Positions 60,526 to 64,000 of a stretch of 64,000 nt of DNA are shown here, one piece after another. Origin of the DNA: an uncultured Ruficoccus sp. GTDB taxonomy: Bacteria; Verrucomicrobiota; Verrucomicrobiia; Opitutales; Cerasicoccaceae. Each line of letters opens with the position of its first letter. The first letter of the stretch is position 1. The DNA lies in the NCBI GenBank assembly GCA_965140785.1, contig OZ223510.1, positions 1 through 64,000 on the forward strand, written 5' to 3'. The position numbers and the translations under genes were made by a program. The notes under the pieces are model-generated. The model had not been told where the DNA came from, made no database searches, and was given only the letters and a program-made list of their open reading frames with translations.

Positions 60526-62583
60526 CTACAGCGCGAACACGTCTTCGCGGTCGTGGCGGTTGAAGCGGGCATAGTGGCGCTTGGGCAGGGCGTCGATGAA
60601 GTGCCGCCCGTACTCCTTGGTCAGGATGCGCGAGTCGAGCACGATCATGCGGCCGGTGTCGTCCTGCTTGCGGATGAGCCGCCCGATGCCCTGGCGGAAC
60701 TGGATGACCGCGTCCGGCAGGGTCATCTCGGTGAAGGGGTTGCCGCCGCGCTTGCGGATCCACTCGGACCGTGCCTCGGCCACCGGGTGGGTGGGGATCT
60801 CGAAGGGCAGGCGCGTGATAATGACCTGCGAGAGCGCCGGGCCGGGCACGTCGAAGCCGGTCCAGAAGCTTTCCGTGCCCAGCAGCACGGCATTACCCGC
60901 CTCGACGAAGCGGGCCTTCAGCTCCGAGCGGGAGAGGCCCATGCCCTGCGAAAGCAGCGGGCGGCCCTCTTTCTCCAGGGGCTCGCGCAACTGCGCCGCC
61001 ACGTGGTTCAGGTCAGCGTAGCTGGTAAAGAGTGCCAGCGTGCCGCCCTCGACCTGCCGGGCGCAGAAGCCGATGGTGTCAGCCAGGTAGCTGATGTCGA
61101 GCCGGTTGGAGGTGCGGTCCGGGCCGGGCGCGTCCTCGGCGATGTAAATCTCCACGTGGTTCTCGTAGTCGAAGGGCGAGGCCTCGACCCCGGTTTCCTC
61201 GCCCTCGGCGCCGACTCGTCGCAGGAACGGCGCCATCGAGCGCCCGCTGGTCAGGGTGGCGCTGGCCAGGGTGACGGAGGTGCTTTTTTCAAAAAGCGTC
61301 TCGCGCAAAAACTCGGCCACGTCGATGGGCGCGGTGCGCATCGTAACGATCTGGCGGCGGCGTCCGGTTTTTTCCAGCCAGTAAACGACCGCCTCGTCAT
61401 CGAGCGCGAGGCAGTGGGTGATGCCCTTGAGGTAGGCGTCGAGCCGGGCGGCGTGGTCGGAGAGTTCCTGCTGCGTGCCCTCCTCGGTAATGTCCTGGCG
61501 CAGGCGCTTGAGCAGGCCGGAGACTGCCCCCAGCGGACGGTGCAGGAGCGGGTCCGTCCAGTCGGGCTTGAGCAGGCGCAGCACGTCGCGCTTTTCCAGG
61601 TACTGGCGGCGGATGCCGTTAAAGAACGATTCGCTGGCCGAGAGGGCACGCACGACCTGCTCCTGGTCCGAACGCTGGGCGAGCTTGGCCAACAGGCCCT
61701 TTTTCGTCTTTGGGTTATAGAGGACCTTGAGGGCACGCTCGATGGCGTAGGAACTAATATTGAGGCCGCAGTGGTTAGTGGCGATCTCGGGGACGGTGTG
61801 GGCCTCGTCGAGCACGAGAAAGTCATCCGGAAAGAGCACACCGCGGGCGTCCCCAGCCGGGGAGAGCCCCGCGCTGATCAGGCTGAAGAGCAGGCTGTGA
61901 TTGACGATGACGACCTGGGCCTGCGCGCGCTCGGCCTGCGCCTTGCGGTAGAAGCAGGTCTGCGGGGTGCAGTTTTTCGAATTGCAGGAGGAGGCGTCGG
62001 CGTTGACCCACTCCCAAACCTCGGGGGAGGGGGCGGGGACGAGTTCCTCGCGCAGGCCGGTCTGGGTCTGGGTGGACCACTCGCAGATGCGCTCCAGCTC
62101 CTCGGCCTGGACTTGATTAAACAGGTCGCCCCGGGTCTGAATCGCCCGCGCCAGCCGGTGGCCGCACAGGTAGTTGCCGCGCCCAACCAGTAGCGCCACC
62201 CGGAAGTCCCGGAAGCGCTCCAACTGCGGCATCTGGTCGAAGAGCCGCCGCACCAGCGGGATGTCGTGGTTTTTCAACTGCTGCTGGAGCGCGATGGTGT
62301 GCGAGGACACCAGCAGGGGGCGCTTTTCGCTGACGGCCTGAAGGATACCGGGGACAAGGTAGGCGAGGCTCTTGCCCACGCCCGTTCCTGCCTCGAAAAC
62401 CAGCGGAATGTCCGTCGCCATGGCGCGGGAAACGGCCTGGGCCATCGCTTCTTGCTGCGGACGGTGCTCCAGCATCAGCCGCTCGGCCAGCCAGCCGCCG
62501 GGCGCGAACACCCGGTCCGCCAGCTCCACCGGGAGCGGCGTCGAGGGCAACGGGCTTCCCCCGCCTTCACGAAATCCTATCAT
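60526..62583 (-). CDS. DinG/YoaA-family ATP-dependent DNA helicase; start uncertain
   Basis: EAGTGVGKS, GRGNYLC plus Cys cluster, VNHSLL, LDEAH, SATL, LFTSY, QGIGRLIR. Confidence 0.92.
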   Translation of the reverse strand: MIGFREGGGSPLPSTPLPVELADRVFAPGGWLAERLMLEHRPQQEAMAQAVSRAMATDIPLVFEAGTGVGKSLAYLVPGILQAVSEKRPLLVSSHTIALQQQLKNHDIPLVRRLFDQMPQLERFRDFRVALLVGRGNYLCGHRLARAIQTRGDLFNQVQAEELERICEWSTQTQTGLREELVPAPSPEVWEWVNADASSCNSKNCTPQTCFYRKAQAERAQAQVVIVNHSLLFSLISAGLSPAGDARGVLFPDDFLVLDEAHTVPEIATNHCGLNISSYAIERALKVLYNPKTKKGLLAKLAQRSDQEQVVRALSASESFFNGIRRQYLEKRDVLRLLKPDWTDPLLHRPLGAVSGLLKRLRQDITEEGTQQELSDHAARLDAYLKGITHCLALDDEAVVYWLEKTGRRRQIVTMRTAPIDVAEFLRETLFEKSTSVTLASATLTSGRSMAPFLRRVGAEGEETGVEASPFDYENHVEIYIAEDAPGPDRTSNRLDISYLADTIGFCARQVEGGTLALFTSYADLNHVAAQLREPLEKEGRPLLSQGMGLSRSELKARFVEAGNAVLLGTESFWTGFDVPGPALSQVIITRLPFEIPTHPVAEARSEWIRKRGGNPFTEMTLPDAVIQFRQGIGRLIRKQDDTGRMIVLDSRILTKEYGRHFIDALPKRHYARFNRHDREDVFAL

Positions 62584-62665
62584 CGCCCAGCAGCATCGTC
62601 CAACACCCTACCACTGGCAAGCCAGCAAGGCAGCGGTTTTTCTGGGCTCTCGTAAGTTCCGGGCT

Positions 62666-63175
62666 TTAGCCCTGCTTCGGGTAAACCTGTTCGCCGGTGT
62701 CGAGACCGTCCTGGATGTCGGCCTTGGACTTGATGAACTGGACGTTCGGGCCGGTCTTTTCCCAGTCAAAGGTCTTGCCCAGCACATAGTACGTGGCGGG
62801 GAGCTTGGGCAGGTCCTTGAGGGTGACGCTGGCCTTGGCGCTTGAGATGACCTGCGCGGCCATACCGTCGGTGTCCTTGTGGAGGGAGGCGATGACCCAC
62901 AGCTCCTGACCGACGACCCAGGCCTCGTCGATTTTCAGGCTCCAGGCGGGGGAGGGCACGGCCAGGGTAATGCTGATCACCTGTTCGGCCAGGATGGGCA
63001 CATTGCCGCTCTCGGGCGGTTTACTCTGGACGTTATCGGCCAGTTCCTGGATGCCCTCGGCCATGGGGGCGGTGTATTCCTTTTCGGCCTTTTCGGCGGT
63101 TTTGCTATCACAGCCGGAAAGCAGGCCGAGCAGGGGGAGGGCAAGTAAAGCGGGTAGCAGGCGTGTCAGTTTCAT
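62666..63175 (-). CDS. Hypothetical lipoprotein
   Basis: Lipobox LLSGC after a hydrophobic leader; host-like codon usage. Confidence 0.7.
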   Translation of the reverse strand: MKLTRLLPALLALPLLGLLSGCDSKTAEKAEKEYTAPMAEGIQELADNVQSKPPESGNVPILAEQVISITLAVPSPAWSLKIDEAWVVGQELWVIASLHKDTDGMAAQVISSAKASVTLKDLPKLPATYYVLGKTFDWEKTGPNVQFIKSKADIQDGLDTGEQVYPKQG

Positions 63176-63232
63176 AACAGCTAAACTAGGGCCCCGCCCC
63201 CGGTCCCGGCAAGCGCATTCAACTGTCGTTAC

Positions 63233-63280
63233 TTTGGGAGTTTGAACGTTTGAGAGTTTGAGGGTTTGAAAGTTGGGGGG
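63233..63280 (+). repeat. Degenerate 8-bp tandem repeat (TTTGRRNG x5-6)
   Basis: TTTGGGAG TTTGAACG TTTGAGAG TTTGAGGG TTTGAAAG TTGGGGGG. Confidence 0.7.
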
Positions 63281-63403
63281 GGGAGGCGAAGCACCGAAGT
63301 AGCCACCCGCTTTACTCGCCCCCGCCCAAACCGCTCCGGGGGGTAGCCGCCTTTCTGGCGGCGTAGGGGCGTAAGCCCCTCAAAGTCCAGTGCGGCCACG
63401 CAC

Positions 63404-63934
63404 TTACTCGATCAGGACGAGGGTGCCGGAGGGGACGGCGTCGTAGAGTTCGATGACTTCGGCGTTGCGCAGCAGGACGCAGCCGTGGCTGCGGGCGTTG
63501 GCGAAGTCCGCCTCGAGATTCGTCCCGTGGATGTAAATATAGCGGTCGTGGCTGTCGCAGCCGGGACCGGCATTGTGGCCGGGTTCGAGCCCGCGCAGCC
63601 AGAGGATGCGTGTGGTGACGAAGTTGCGGGCTTCCTCGTGCTCCCAGTAACATTTGCCGGTGGGCACGCGTCCGATGAAGACCATCCCCTCCGGCGCGCT
63701 GTCGCCGATTTTCTCATCGACGACGTGCAACCCGGTCGGCGTGCCGAGCGAATTTTCCACGCACGAGGGCGGATTGACCCCGAAGGCGGTGTCGTAGGTG
63801 CGCACGAGCCGCCCCTCGCAAAAGTGCTTCAGTTTCTTCTCGCCAAGCGAGACGTGAAGCGCATGCTTTGTCGGTTCAATTGACAGCCGGGAGCACTCGG
63901 CTAATATTCTATCCAAACCGTTAATCACCACCAT
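63404..63934 (-). CDS. L,D-transpeptidase (YkuD domain); start 63934 or TTG at 63916
   Basis: SLGTPTG, YIYIHGTN...SHGCVLL catalytic His/Cys motif. Confidence 0.9.
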   Translation of the reverse strand: MVVINGLDRILAECSRLSIEPTKHALHVSLGEKKLKHFCEGRLVRTYDTAFGVNPPSCVENSLGTPTGLHVVDEKIGDSAPEGMVFIGRVPTGKCYWEHEEARNFVTTRILWLRGLEPGHNAGPGCDSHDRYIYIHGTNLEADFANARSHGCVLLRNAEVIELYDAVPSGTLVLIE

Positions 63935-64000
63935 GAGCTATCGAGTCGGCATTGTCGGCGCCACAGGCGCCGTAGGTCAAGAACTGATCGAACTGCTCCA
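63933..64000 (+). CDS. asd: Aspartate-semialdehyde dehydrogenase (5' end only)
   Basis: MSYRVGIVGATGAVGQELIELL, the typical Asd Rossmann-fold start; only 22 codons visible. Confidence 0.75.
   Translation, partial: MSYRVGIVGATGAVGQELIELL

Noticed and set aside
63233..63280. Possible CRISPR array
   Set aside because: Units are 8 bp with no spacers; no cas genes or repeat-spacer arrays seen anywhere in the window.

Overview
High-GC bacterial window, probably from an Opitutales-type Verrucomicrobium. This is inferred from PEP-CTERM proteins, H-X9-DG-type prepilin-like proteins, Opitutaceae-style LacI proteins and C/A-rich leaders lacking a Shine-Dalgarno site. Core-like genes sit at both ends: gyrB, MscS, Rrf2 and tRNA-Leu on the left; hybrid kinase, PP2C, DinG, L,D-transpeptidase and asd on the right. 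Between them, from just after tRNA-Leu to about 55 kb, is a carbohydrate-catabolism region with two polysaccharide-utilisation-like loci that share one blueprint: LacI, a single prepilin-like protein, PEP-CTERM protein(s), paralogous large secreted enzymes, an inner-membrane transporter and no TonB receptor. Each locus has its own palindromic motif that I could read directly at several promoters: ACTAAAAT-N8-ATTTTA(G/T)Y in locus 1 and TTAT-N4-ATAA in locus 2. Also seen: two CTAG-ended MITE-like palindromic elements plus a solitary end, an ABC-transporter operon and an AraC gene collapsed by internal deletions, a candidate hairpin sRNA, and several homopolymer frameshifts that are probably sequencing errors. 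All functional calls come from motif recognition by eye; no database searches were run.
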